Assembly: GCA_002633005.1 (NCBI GenBank)
Contig: NMRA01000061.1
Location: 324,957-388,956, forward strand
Length of the DNA stretch: 64,000 nt
Direction of reading: 5' to 3'
From: Phoronis australis
Lineage: Eukaryota > Animalia > Phoronida
The notes under the pieces are model-generated. The model had not been told where the DNA came from. It saw only the letters and a list, made by a program, of their open reading frames with translations, and did not search any database. This document shows positions 15,301 through 27,024 of this stretch, in pieces. Both the position numbers and the translations under genes were made by a program. The number at the start of each line of letters is the position of its first letter. Positions within the stretch are counted from its first letter, which is position 1.

Positions 15301-18300
15301 ATATAAATGGTGTTATAAGGTTTGCATATAGCCATAGTGACATCTACTGCCAATAAGAGAAACTATTGTCATCATTAAAGGGTAGCGGTGAATGACGCCA
15401 ACTAGAGCAGGTTAAGGTAAGGTTCATTTACAAGAGGTGTACATGGTGTAATACTCATGAACATAGTTCACCTATAAACACGACTCACTAACCACCTGGC
15501 ATGATATACGCAAACACAGAATTCGTGCACTATGTTCGACAATCACAGAGCCGTGTTTGTGATTTCGAGAAGTGTTTTTTTTTTGACATATATTTCGCAT
15601 CTTGAGAACCTGGTGCAATGTAAGGTGTTTGCTGAAACTACGAGTGCAACAGTCGTGTTATTTCCAGACCTTGTAAATGAACACAACCTGCTCTAGTCAG
15701 GCTTTGTTCAACCTGAGCCAGAGCTAAGTAAGTAACCACGCCCAATACAAATGAGAGAACACCTCAGAATGTACTTCCGACCATTAATTGCATCAACACA
15801 ACACACAGAGAATGAAACATCAGTTGATTTGAATATTGAAAACGACAATTGTGAGACGTAAACTATAAGTAAGTCCCGCATGAAACACAGCGATCTCAAC
15901 TAAAAATTCACTTGGTTGTTGCACGCAATGTTCCAACTGTCTTTGGCACATACTACGTGAACTCATCAACACAAGGGTACCTTTCCACCTCATAGATTGG
16001 TAACTACTTAGAGCCCTCCATACACAGGCTTGCACTAGAACAAACTACTCCTGAAATGAGTTGTCCCAAGGTTTGAGGGCAGTCTGGGTGCTATTTAAAC
16101 TAGTGCAACTTGCGCCACTTGTGACAACTTACACCACCTTATCGAGGTGGGGTAACTTGTCCTAGGGTAACTTGTGCCACTTCTAATTGGTGTGTGGCTG
16201 CAAACATGGGGCAAGGTGGTCAAAGTAATTGCCAGCTGAGGTATAACAATGGTCGTCTTTTTCGCAGCAGCCGTTCATTGATATGCACAGAACGAGGACT
16301 TCTGTCCTGTGCTAGTTATTGAATATATGTGCGCGGACACTCCGTTTGGCAAGTTACTCTAGGATAAGTTTGTGTGTGGAAGGCACTTTTCCAGCAAAAA
16401 CATCAGTTATGATAAACGCTGTTTAGATAGTATGACTACTACCTTTGGACAAGTCATTTCGCACAATGACGAGTGTCAAATATTTTGATTTAATTTAGCT
16501 ATACTCACAAAACAACTGAGTGGTGAAAGAAGGCAACTTAACACTTCTGGTTTTCTATGGGTTTATTGTGGCCAGAATTGTACTCATTTACATTTTAGAT
16601 ATTTTATTTGCGTGTCTGTTTGTTTCATCAGTGGGTGAGATGACATAGCAGGGATTCTACAGGGACAAGTGCACTTACTTTTAACTAGTCTTATGACTAG
16701 ACAATACACAAACAATTCAGAATTACAGTAAAGTTTTTTCAAATTAGANTTAAATTTGGGCAAAATTTCAACAGGTATTTAGTTGCTTCAGGCTCAGTCT
16801 GTCTGAGTTTCAGGCAACAAGTGTGAATTCACAAATAAATAACGATGATGCACAAACAGCAAACTAAGCAGCATAATCTTCCAGAAATTGAAAGACCTGA
16901 AAAAGCCTAGAATCTTTGAAACAAACGAGTAACAAACTATTGATAAGCAAATCCGTCTACCCATTTATCAGTAATGCCATATTGGTAATGCACATCATAA
17001 ATTAACATTCTCTTCTAAGGATATAAACAGTGTTATAAGGTTTGCATATAGCCATAGTGACATCTACTGCCAATAAGAGAAACTATTGTCATCATTAAAG
17101 GGTAGCGGTGAATGACGCCAACTAGAGCAGGTTAAGGTAAGGTTCATTTACAAGAGGTGTATATGGTGTAATACTCATGAACATAGTTCACTTATAAACA
17201 CGACTCACTAACCACCTGGCATGATATACGCAAACACAGAATTTGTGCACTATGTTCGACAATCACAGAGCCGTGTTTGTGATTCCGTGAAGTGTTTTTT
17301 TTTTTTGACATATATTTCACATCTTGAGAACCTGGTGCAATGTAAGGTGTTTGCTGAAACTACGAGTGCAACAGTCGTGTTATTTCCAGACCTTGTAAAT
17401 GAACACAACCTGCTCTAGTCAGGCTTTGTTCAACCTGAGCCAGCGCTAAGTAAGTAACCACGCCCAATACAAATGAGAGAACACCTCAGAATGTTCTTCG
17501 AACCATTAATTGCATCAACACAACACACAGAGAATGAAACACTAGTTGATTTGAATATTGAAAACGACAATTGTGAGACGTAAACTATAAGTAAGTCCCG
17601 CATGAAACACAGCGATCTCAACTAAAAATTCACTTGGTTGTTGCACGCACTGTTCTAACTGTCTTTGGCAATACTACGTGAACTCATCAACACAAGATAG
17701 ATTGGTAACTACTTAGAGCCCTCCATACACAGGCTTGCACTAGAACAAACTACTCCTGAAATGAGTTGTCCCAAGGTTTGAGGGCAGTCTGGGTGCTATT
17801 TAAACTAGTGCAACTTGCGCCACTTGTGACAACTTACCCCACCTTATCGAGGTGGGGTAACTTGTCCTAGGGTAACTTGTGCCACTTCTAATTGGTGTGT
17901 GGCTGCAAACATGGGGCAAGGTGGTCAAAGTAATTGCCAGCTGAGGTATAATAATGGTCGTCTTTTTCGCAGCAGCTGTTCATTGACATGCACAGAACGA
18001 CGACTTCTGTCCTGTGCTAGTTATTGAATATATGTGCGCGGACACTCCGTTTGGCAAGTTACTCTAGGATAAGTTTGTGTGTGGAAGGGACTTTACCAGC
18101 AAAAACATCAGTTATGATAAACGCTGTTTAGCTAGTATGACTACAACCTTTGGACAACTCATTTTGCACGACGAGTGTCAAATATTTTGATTTAATTTAG
18201 CTATACTCACAAAACAACTGAGTGGTGAAAGGCAACTTAACACTTCTGGTTTTCTATGGGTTTATTGTGGCCAGAATTGTACTCATTTATATTTTCGATA

Positions 18301-18860
18301 TTTTATTTGTGTCTATTTGTTTCATCAGTGGGTGAGATGACAGACCAGGGATTCTACAGGGACAAGTGCACTTACTTTTAACTAGTCTTATGACTAGACA
18401 ATTCACAAACAATTCAGAATTACGGTAAAGTTTTTTCAAATTAGAACACAACATGGCGGAACAGTAACATTTTAAGTCATCATAATTTTTAACTAGAGTA
18501 AGCAACAAGAAGACAATTTTACTTGATTATTTGACAATTTGACATTGTATGGTTGTCAACAACAAATACAAGAAGAAAAACTTAAAAACATTTTTGACAG
18601 TGCAGTGAGCGCTTGAACAATGAGAATTTTGACCATAATTTTGTTCAAATAAGGGAAAACTTCACCACATGGCAACACAGACTTACCTGTGCCACCTCCA
18701 TCCTCTGCAGGACGCTGTCCAAGCATTCCTGGGCACTACTCTCTGACTGTAGAGTACACTCCATGACTGACCCGTCCAGCAGATGGACACACGCCACGTA
18801 AGTATTCTTGGACAGCACATTGTATTTCTGTTTGGACCTCTTCAACTTGAAGAACGGCAT
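259..18860 (-). CDS. PTPN14: FERM-domain non-receptor tyrosine phosphatase, PTPN14/PTPN21 (Pez) family; first four coding exons, gene continues beyond the left edge
   Basis: GT-AG exons in consistent phase: 18860-18687 (MPFFKLKRSKQKYNVLSKNTYVACVHLLDGSVMECTLQSESSAQECL...), 2992-2823 (PSFFSLKF...WIELDKPLKKQLDK...FYIP), 2152-2055 (YQLFLQLRSDILDGRLPCSPEQAVRLAAYSLQ), 329-259 (EFGDHVFDQQTPDYF...LFPR). The N-terminus and FERM sequence are characteristic of PTPN14/21; probably a single invertebrate co-orthologue. Confidence 0.9.
2055..2152 (-). CDS. PTPN14: PTPN14/21 coding exon 3 (FERM F2)
   Basis: tag|A TAC CAG...TTA CAA G|gtgtgt; encodes YQLFLQLRSDILDGRLPC...LAAYSLQ. Confidence 0.9.
2823..2992 (-). 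CDS. PTPN14: PTPN14/21 coding exon 2 (FERM)
   Basis: cag|CCC...TCCCG|gtgag; encodes the WIELDKPLKKQL FERM signature. Confidence 0.9.
5303..5955. mobile_element. Non-autonomous DNA transposon (Harbinger-like MITE), diverged copy of the 12721-13219 family in opposite orientation
   Basis: Degenerate TIR (TTTAACTCCAGTA / TACTGGAGTTAAA); 5360-5690 is the reverse complement of ~12870-13200. Confidence 0.6.
8480..9316. mobile_element. Two tandem diverged copies of a MITE (partial 8480-8750; TIR-bounded 8898-9316)
   Basis: 8501-8750 resembles 8988-9275 (shared gcaaattgac...gtttgtgaggtaga...tctaaacgcgaaactgg...atcatctctactgcgcttgtg). The second copy has a degenerate ~45-bp TIR, GTGCCGTTTACAC.../...GTTTGAACGGGAC. 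Confidence 0.6.
9822..9935. repeat. Foldback / inverted repeat, likely the core of a MITE
   Basis: Arms ...atagtcgcacgaaacatgcctgcattttgagaacca and tggttctcaaaatgtgggcacattatatccaactat... Confidence 0.5.
10712..12056. repeat. Pair of ~220-bp inverted dispersed repeats (10712-10930 and 11838-12056)
   Basis: atgacactgatcattttcataaacact...ggtaaaccaaagttc is the diverged reverse complement of gaacttcggtttacc...agtgtttatgaaaatgaccagtgtcat. Confidence 0.75.
12721..13219. mobile_element. PIF/Harbinger-like MITE (~500 bp)
   Basis: TAA|GACCCCTTCATACT...AGTATGAAAGGGGC|TAA, i.e. TIR with a 3-bp TAA TSD; a second copy lies at ~5303-5955. Confidence 0.7.
15026..18445. repeat. 1.7-kb near-identical tandem duplication joined at a single N (probable uncollapsed haplotypes)
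   Basis: 15026-16748 matches 16750-18445 with scattered SNPs and small indels; the N at 16749 sits exactly at the junction. Confidence 0.9.
18687..18860 (-). CDS. PTPN14: PTPN14/21 coding exon 1 (start codon, start of FERM F1 lobe)
   Basis: ATG at 18860; 58 codons ending CAG|gtaagt; acceptor cttttcag lies just upstream, so the exon starts at 18892. Confidence 0.9.
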
Positions 18861-20809
18861 ACCAAATGAATACCAAAGTCCAGAATTGCAAACTGAAAAG
18901 TAAAAGAAGCCTGTATGAGATCAAGACTGTGTTCCATACACCCAAGACACCAGCTTGTTCTTGCAGCGAAAAGGTTCGGTGATGGAACAAAGTAGTGAAT
19001 TCTACTGATCTGCAATTTAACATTCCAACATACCCAAAGTTGATTCTAATTACTTGTGTGGCCATCATTGCTAGGTTACACATAATATGCTTACTAAAGT
19101 CTCTAGCATTACTGGCAAAATACTTGCCTTTCACTCACTTGATTTTGATCTAAGGAATGCAGTAACCTTGTACTTTTAACCCACTTTTTCCCAGAAATTG
19201 GTTTTTAATGAGATTTCTTGGCATTAATGCTTTGCATTGAAAAAATATGAAGCAAATAGAGAGAAACTTGTCAAAGCGGTCAACTTATTGCACTGTTGTT
19301 GTGTTAGTCGAGAGATTGCAAGTTTGATTACCTCTAGCACCTCACAGCATGACACCCGACAAGAGTACGTATCTATGGTGACCAAGATGGACAACAAGGT
19401 TGGAAGGTGGATGACAACTCAGTGCTCACCAGAGGGGGTAGAAGGCAACTCCCAGGAAGTGCCCTGTCCTGAAGGTTGTTCAGATGGGGTCCAACTGATA
19501 GTAATTAGCTGGGGCTTGTGATCACTTCCGAGTGAAACTGACAACCAGAAAGCCCAGCAAATTCAGACTTTCAGGTAATTAATTTTGTCCTTTTTGAATA
19601 TCTTTGGACCTCAACTTAAATCCAATCCCACTACCAATGCAATCTAATACTTGGTAACATGCTAAAATTGGTTTATTGACAACAATGTTTTCTTACGGCC
19701 AAGGTCAGTTTTTTGGTCAAGTATCCTTTGATTCGCATTCTAAGAAGAACTGAATGGTGGATGATTGGAGTTTTGACAGGTAACTGATTCCATATCGTTA
19801 AAGTATGGAATTGGTTGGATGTATTAAATTTTAATGGTAGATGAATTGAATGCAGCATCTTTTGTTGGTAATAGTCGGATAGGTGGGTCCCAGATTTGAA
19901 ACTGATTTGAGAATCAGTTACTACCACTGATAATTAGTGCGTTACTCATGTAACTGGTCCTCAAATCAGGGACCCATGTACCCGACTAATACCCTTTTGT
20001 TAACTTCTGATGAATAATTTTGGAGTAATGGAGGGACCTATGACTATTATCGTTCATTTTATTTAGCAAAAAGGAAATCAGTTAAGCTGTTCCAACAGGG
20101 TAATTGCCAGTATGCCTATAGACAGGCGATGTATTACTTAGATGAAGGCCTGCGCAAAACTGAACTGCACATGAGATGTTTAGTGCTGTGGTGCATCACT
20201 TGACTATGGGCACAATGGTAATGGTACATGTTCACGGTGACAGAAGGGAATACGCAGAGCCTCCTGAGTTAGAAGAGGAAGGCAATACAGAGGGGCCGGC
20301 CAGATGTGGAATTCCAGGCGGCATGACTGACCCCTCCTGGTTCGTTGACAGTGTGGTGAATGCAGTGACTGTTGAAATGTAAAATGTTCTTTGACAATCA
20401 CTCAGCTGCAGTCAACTGCTCTTTAACAAACTGGTTAAGAGTAGACGTAGTAGGCCTAAGACTTAATTGAAGAGTGAGGTCTCGAATTTGAGACTCGGCT
20501 GGAACAACGTGATGCAGGTTTTTCACTGTACAGGCAGTACTTCAACACTTCAAGACCACGGATAATAATCTCCAGCCTTTTGGAATATTATAGTTCTCTT
20601 AATTCAAGCAGTGTAAGAGAGGTTTGTTGTAACAAGATCGGGATAAGCTCATCCAAGTAATGGCCGTTGTTCAGTGATCGCCTGATTCTCAAAATCTGAT
20701 TCCAATATACCATCCGACTAGTCCGTCCGATAATTAGGTACACTATGTGTAGAATTTGTCTTTCAATTCAACCGTCCAACGACGTGAATGATGAGTGTGT
20801 TTTACTTAC

Positions 20810-21010
20810 GCCAAACTCCGATGAACAAGTCACATTTATCCTCTTTCTGGAGACTCGCATAGTAGTTAAATCGATCCTGTAATCAGGTATTGCAAATTCT
20901 TTGTGAAGGGAAATGAAATACGATAAACACGAAAACACAACAAGGAACCGTCAGGGAAACCCTATGTTCCGTTGCCGAAGGCGAAGTACAGTCCAGATTA
21001 CGAGATCGCA
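20810..21010 (-). promoter_or_regulatory. Probable non-coding first exon / promoter of PTPN14/21
   Basis: Strong donor GGC|gtaagt at 20809 in a CpG-richer patch; the ATG exon has its own acceptor at 18893, so it needs an upstream exon. The upper boundary is approximate. Confidence 0.45.
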
Positions 21011-21315
21011 CTACGCAAAAGAAATTGTTTTTAAAATCAAGTTCTTTATCATTAACGTTTCTCAGTGATGTGACTAAATATTAAAGAAACGAAGTTTTTG
21101 TGGTGTAGGCGTGTCTTCAAATGTCACGCATTTCATGACATCAGTTTTATTTACAAATACCACGGTTGAAGAGTATGAATATGTGACTCATAGGTGTAAA
21201 ATGAGGTCACGGTTTTTAAATCTCTGTCGACAGATGTCAGTTGGGTTTCGTCTTGCTTCTGTGCGGCGTGAGCAGAGGTCGGCTTAATCTTTGGCGTGAG
21301 CCACTGAGATAAATT

Positions 21316-21603
21316 CAGTGGCCGATCTAGGATACCATTGGGGGGCATCATGTTGCCTCGGGGAATTGGGACGGGCGGCCTGAAAGTTGCGGGGGCTGGG
21401 GATGTGGACCTTCTGTTCAGAAAATGTGTCGGATGGACGTGGACTAAAAAAAAAAAAAAAAAACGGGAACACGGTTCCGCCTCGCGCCAGTGGGTTCTGA
21501 GCCCCTCCACTACCAGATCTAGTTCCTGAACTCAATATTTCCTCACGCTTCACGCTGTTGATGTTTCATTTTGCTCGCGGTAGCCCCCCTAAATCCGCCT
21601 ATG
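21316..21603. mobile_element. hAT-like MITE with CAGTGG/CATAGG termini and 5-bp TSD
   Basis: aaatt|CAGTGGCCGATCTAGG...CCTAAATCCGCCTATG|gaatt; same family as 35668-35860, in inverted orientation. Confidence 0.7.
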
Positions 21604-21820
21604 GAATTAATCAATATTTATATATTGGTGACAGCTCACGTACACCTAGACGCTCAGTGGCTAGGCGGATACAAACCTATGTTTGCCCTTTTTTATCTGT
21701 CGGAAAACGTTAGTCTGTCGTGAAATTTCGCATAATTGGAGTAGGCCCATATTTTATCACATATTTGTATAGTCATTCTGAACTTTTTCTGAAGTTGCAA
21801 GTCAAACAGTCACCGGGCTC

Positions 21821-22012
21821 GCATGCGTGTACCAAAAATTCAGTGCGGATAGGCGGTACTTCAGTTTTTTAGCGGCAGGCCTAGGTCCACTAGGCCTCTA
21901 AATTTCTGGAAAGGGATGAGGCAAAAATCTACCCAGCAAAAGGGCTTTGGAATTAGCAGACCTGTTACCAGCAATAGGGACGTGTGTCACAGCAATTTTG
22001 GTACACGCCTGC
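21821..22012. repeat. Inverted-repeat-bounded segment, probable MITE remnant
   Basis: gcatgcgtgtaccaaaaatt at 21821 versus aattttggtacacgcctgc ending at 22012; no TSD resolved. Confidence 0.45.
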
Positions 22013-23263
22013 AGGCACCTTGTCAATATATGAATAACCCTTCCCTGGCCGGGGCAAACAGTACCAAATTTCATCATATAGTATACAGATGTATAATTTT
22101 GTATGAATGCTTGACTAACTTCCCAGCAACTGAGGAACCCATATTCTAAACTATGTGTAGCCTAGCAACTAATCTTTTGGATCATTGAAACTATTTTCCT
22201 GTTGATTTAATTGGTCAAAATTATATGTTTGACTTCTCCGCGGTCCATGTTCCTTTTTACTATTATATAACAACCAAATTAATTGGTATTAGAAATTAAG
22301 TAGTTGACTAATTTGTAGTCTAATTAATTAATTAATTGACCGGTTAGTACACAAAGGATTTCATTATTACACTGTGTAATTTTGCATTGTATGTAACATT
22401 GTTGGGTTTTTATCATTAAAAACATCAGATATGCAAAATATTAATTATTTATGAATATTTTTCTTTTTCTTTTGGTATTATCGTACACCATCAAGACTTC
22501 ATTAAGAGCCATCTAATAATATTACTCTGATGCAGATCGGCTGAAAAAAACGGCGGAGTTGCGCGACAATAAATAAGGTGACACTTTTTATGTTTGGCCT
22601 AGGGTTGAAATATATATTTGTTTGGCCTAGATACACATTCTTGGTGTTCAAGTGCTTCTTGATCATATGAACATAATGGTTAGAAAACTGTAAACTCTTT
22701 TAAGAGTTTAAAATTTTTAAAAAATATTGTAATACATCCCAATGGCTTTACGTTTCGTCGGTCAGCAAGGCAGCGATTGCCGGCTTCTCGAAAAATACGA
22801 AATTGCAAGCAGATGGACCTCGGGGTTTGACGATGTAAATTCCTCCCATAGCCCTTTATTCCACAGTAGCTAAGAAACAGCACCAGAACAAATGACTCAT
22901 TGTAAGCAACTGCACGTATACTGATGAAACACTGAGGAAATTCCTCAAAAACAACAAATTTTCGGATATATCATAGGCGCATTAGCTTAAACGAGCACTA
23001 ACACGACACTATAAATTTGTTACGTAAGTAAAGTTAGCTTTCATATCAACGAAGAGAAAAATCGAAAAAGATAAATTAAAGGAGAATTATGTGGCATTAG
23101 ACTTAAAAACGCACGAGACCGAGTTCCGGGGCAGGGGGTATAGGCTCTCTCGCGATATCCCAGGCGACCGGCAGTGGCGCTGCGCACTAAGACTCCGTTT
23201 CCGTCGTCTGCTCCACTGTGCAATGAAGAAAATTACATCAATTTTTAAAGAAAATGAAACCTG

Positions 23264-23664
23264 GGCCCGATCTCCAATCTTTTTACTCGAAATGGAACTC
23301 GAAATTAGGTTTGGCATTTTCTACACTACTTTTGGGCGAACTCAAGGTAAGTGTCTATTATACTATGCTAGAGTACACAATAACTTAAGTAGATAATTTA
23401 TTGCCCTTAGTTCACAGGTTGTAAACCCAATATTAAAGCAATAAGTTCGAGTTTGAACTCGAAATTTCAAGTTTTTACTCGAGTTTGTAGCACGAATATA
23501 AGGGTCTTCAAGGGCAAACTTGAACTAGAAACTTCTATGCATAAACTGTAATGTATTCGAGCACAGTCTGATAACCAATTATCTTAAGTTCGCACAAAAG
23601 GAGCAGAGAAATTGCCAAAAATAGTTTCGAGTTCGTTTCGAGTACAAAGATTAGAGACCGGGCC
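23264..23664. mobile_element. MITE with ~40-bp TIR and CTG target duplication (Harbinger-like, CWG type)
   Basis: CTG|GGCCCGATCTCCAATCTTTTTACTCGAAATGGAACTCGAAA...TTTCGAGTTCGTTTCGAGTACAAAGATTAGAGACCGGGCC|CTG. Confidence 0.75.
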
Positions 23665-24030
23665 CTGAGTAACGATGAAAATACAGAAGCTGCTGGTAAG
23701 ATGTGAATTTTAATCGAAGCCTTAGGGAATCACTCAGAAACTCAAAATTCTCTCTTTGTCAAGCATTAAGGGGGCCTCCCTCCATTCGGTGCTGTGCTCA
23801 CCTACAATCGTGCTTGGCTCAAATGCTTACGGACAAAATGTTGCCCCCCCGTTGTGATATCCTAGATCCGCCACTGGGTTAAGCACCATACCATTGATTT
23901 GTTTGACGTGCTTTTGTAATGCAAAGTAATGGCGTGATGCACAATATAACCCTAAACATTCTTTGTTCATTCTGGTCTTCCATACGTTTTGTATCACTGA
24001 CTATGAAAACGTATACTAAGTATAGGCCTA

Positions 24031-24277
24031 TGGGGAGGCAGTGTGGCCAAGTGTGATAAGTGCCCGCTTTGTTTACCTGAGGTCGTGGGTTCGAGTGCCA
24101 CTGGGTCACACTGCTAAACCCTTGAGTCGCGTTTCTTGCTCTTCAGCTCGATTTTAACAATATATTAATAAGGCATAAAAATGGTTCCAGGTGATCAGCG
24201 GAATGGGCCCACATGCACGGCCTGTGCTGGCTAGTGTGGTACAACGTGTATCAGATCGCATGCAATTATTAAAAAAG
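24031..24277 (+). mobile_element. tRNA-derived SINE
   Basis: Head GGGGAGGCAGTGTGGCCAAGTG (A box) ... GGTTCGAGTGCC (B box) without a complete cloverleaf, then a CCCTTGAG...TAAAAATGG body and an A-rich tail. Confidence 0.6.
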
Positions 24278-25530
24278 TAAGTATAGCATATTATGTTCTA
24301 ATAGTTAGAATGGTGGCCTGGCAATGAAAAGTTCTCAGGTAAGAATCTTCATAGTGCACCAGAAATATAATGCCAAACGAAGTGCTTATCGTTGACCACC
24401 ATGAGTGCACTAGATATCGCGCTCGTCTTCTGAGAAAGGTGTAAACCTGTAGATGGACGTAGGAATGATGGACTCAGTGAAACGTCGTGCCATCGTAAAA
24501 AGGTTTGTGGCGTAGAACTAGAGTTGTATAGTTTGAGGTTGGTGTGAATAGACCAATAGATTTTTAAATGAAGTCACGGCAGTCAATGCCTGTTTTGTTC
24601 GTCAGCTATTTGACGTGGTATGACATTGCGCCTCTTTATGGTAAACAGGCCGTCATGAGCAAACAGAATAGATTATCAGGATAACACTCTGTAAAATCTG
24701 CAGGTGCAAATTTTCTTCATTTTCTGAATCATTTAGCGATCTTTAAAAGTATTTCAGAGTTATAATCGAGCATTATTGTTGCATTTCTGTGGTAAACAAT
24801 TTTCTTACATTTTAAAATAGCTAGTGCCACTGAAATGGTTATCACGTGGCAGTGTGTTGCAACATAATGTGACTGGAGATTATATTTTAGCCATCATTTA
24901 ATTTGATAGAAAGATGCGCGGTAAACGTCTGATGCCGTCACACTGAAATTATTGTGAAATCAGTGTACCACGGTTTTGAAACCTGTGACCTCACTGTCTG
25001 TCGAGCTTCAGCGGAATAACTTCGTAACAGTGATATCGAAAAAACGTATTACCTTGAGAATCCACAAGACTATGTTTATTCACTGCACGCAATGTCGAGA
25101 AATAACGCCTCCTTAAGTGTCAAAAAGGCATTCTAAGCTAAAAAACGAGGCGTCCTGATTTCTCATCACCAAATGGGAGTAAAATGTGTTTGAACAATGA
25201 CAGTAGCATTCACAACCCCACAGGTCTGGAATTAACTGGGAAATCCATAATAGAGTTCAAATCCGTGACATTGACCTTATCACTCTTTTGGGCATTTTCA
25301 CCTGTTGTTAACCGTGCTTCACGCATAACCACATTCCAACAAAGATTACAGTTGCACATACATATATTATGCCCGATATGCAGGTTACATCAAAAGCACT
25401 CAGCGGGGATTTGATGGCTGTGAACCATACACGAATGTGCAGTGTATTTTATGAAAACAAAAATAGAATTAGAAAGAGCTCAACGTTGAGCTTATAATTA
25501 AGTCTGTCAGTCACGAAATCTGACATTGAT

Positions 25531-27024
25531 CTATTCATCCTCACCGGCATTCCAACACATCAAATGTCGCCATCGCAAAGCGACACCTTTGGCCTGCATA
25601 GAATAAGTGGTAGAGCCGTTGCCCGCGCGACAATTTCGTTGAAATCGAGACTTCAAACTTTGGAAAAATCCTTTACGTTTTACAAAGTCTGTTTTATCCG
25701 TAGAATCGCCGATAGAGTTGTGGATGTTCTCTGACACAGAAGATTCGTCATCTAAAGGTACATCCACGAATCCAGAGGTATTGTCCTCTTCTGGTCGAGT
25801 GTCCTCTACGACGAATGGAATTTTATTACTTTGCAATCTTGTGTGAAAAACTTTCCGCTCACAATCAAACCCACAGCGTTCAATGTCGATTGCGTTATCT
25901 TCTACGGCAAAACGCAAGAAACACTGAGGCCACGTTGCAAATGTTGACGGTCTGCCGCACTCGAGACGACCAGCATCTTCAAAAGCCCCTGTTTCGTTGC
26001 TAGACTGCCGACTTGTGCCGATAGTCTCGTCACTATTAATTACAGACACTTCAGAATCCTTTGGAACATGCAATTTTGCAAACGACTTGGAACCGTGAGG
26101 CCAGTGTGCGACACCAAATTTTTTGACGCCCTCTAGTCGAATATTTTCACGTTTGTCGACTAAGCTGCTGCTTAGGAATTTTACTTTGTCCTGTTCTCCA
26201 GTATCGCCGACATTCGTCGCCTCTGTCTCGACATTTTTTGAGAAAATCGGAAACACTTTGTTCATTGTAATCTCTTTCCCGATAATAGCAAAAGTAGGAT
26301 TATGGCTTGCCGTAACTGACTGCTGCTGCAAACCCACTAATTCGTCGTTGTCAGGATCAATAACCGTCTCTTCCTCTACATTTGGAAGACCTGTCTGCTC
26401 GTGGAGATTCTTTTCCTGTGATTCGTCGTTCTGTATGGAATCGGAGCATAGTTCCTTCAAATTAGACTCCGTTTCAAAAACAGAAAATGTAGACTTATGG
26501 CGTGCCTCAGAAAATTGTTGTTGCTTATCTGCCATTCTACCAGCAGGGTATCTAACCAACTCTCTCTGTATGATTGACAGGTCTGTATTCTCGTTCCTCC
26601 CCGTCGTTTCCTCTTTTTGTGCGAAAATCGGGAACAGCTCCGAAGTCGGCACAGTTTCGAAAACAGACAACTGCTTCATTAGCCCTACTATTTTGTCGTC
26701 ACCAGGATCAATGGGGGGTTCTGTCTGAATAGTTGGCAGGTATGCCTCCTCCTGGATCTTCTCCTCTGCTGGAGATACTTCCTCCGAGATACACTGCTTT
26801 TCGAAAACAACGGAAATAGGGTCACGGCTTGCCGCATTTAACTGTTGCTGGTCTACTATTTTTCCATCAGGGCCACAAATCGGCTTCTTCTCTTCAGTTG
26901 GGAGACTTATCTTCCCATTCTCATTCTCCCCTGACTCCTCNGGACTGTCGATTTGTGCACTCTGCTTACCTGTTTGCAACGTGTTACCTTCACAATATGA
27001 AGATAGCACAAATCTGACACACAT
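25531..27024 (-). CDS. Intronless, acidic, low-complexity uncharacterised protein (>=497 aa) with internal repeats; probably extends to ATG 27302 across a frameshift or gap
   Basis: 1.5-kb stop-free frame in AT-rich DNA, E/D/S/T/Q-rich, with degenerate repeats; N at 26941; overlapping upstream ORF 27302-26907. Confidence 0.65.
   Translation of the reverse strand: MCVRFVLSSYCEGNTLQTGKQSAQIDSXEESGENENGKISLPTEEKKPICGPDGKIVDQQQLNAASRDPISVVFEKQCISEEVSPAEEKIQEEAYLPTIQTEPPIDPGDDKIVGLMKQLSVFETVPTSELFPIFAQKEETTGRNENTDLSIIQRELVRYPAGRMADKQQQFSEARHKSTFSVFETESNLKELCSDSIQNDESQEKNLHEQTGLPNVEEETVIDPDNDELVGLQQQSVTASHNPTFAIIGKEITMNKVFPIFSKNVETEATNVGDTGEQDKVKFLSSSLVDKRENIRLEGVKKFGVAHWPHGSKSFAKLHVPKDSEVSVINSDETIGTSRQSSNETGAFEDAGRLECGRPSTFATWPQCFLRFAVEDNAIDIERCGFDCERKVFHTRLQSNKIPFVVEDTRPEEDNTSGFVDVPLDDESSVSENIHNSIGDSTDKTDFVKRKGFFQSLKSRFQRNCRAGNGSTTYSMQAKGVALRWRHLMCWNAGEDE

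Noticed and set aside
15026-18445. 1.7-kb tandem duplication as a real segmental duplication or LTR pair
   Set aside because: The junction is exactly at an N and divergence is allele-like; there are no TG...CA ends, PBS or internal region. Most likely an assembly artefact.
700-20400. TEAD (CATTCC/GGAATG) sites suggesting Hippo feedback regulation of PTPN14
   Set aside because: The motifs occur, but at roughly chance frequency for a 6-mer over 20 kb.
24031-24110. Second tRNA gene
   Set aside because: A and B boxes are present, but acceptor and anticodon stems do not pair and the sequence continues into a SINE-like body.
24460-24500. Penelope-type hammerhead-like string (atgatggactcagtgaaacgtcg)
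   Set aside because: The CUGANGA core is broken and the stems cannot be formed.
26123-26728. 201-aa plus-strand ORF
   Set aside because: Antisense shadow of the 497-aa ORF, with the Ser/Phe/Val-rich composition expected from the opposite strand.
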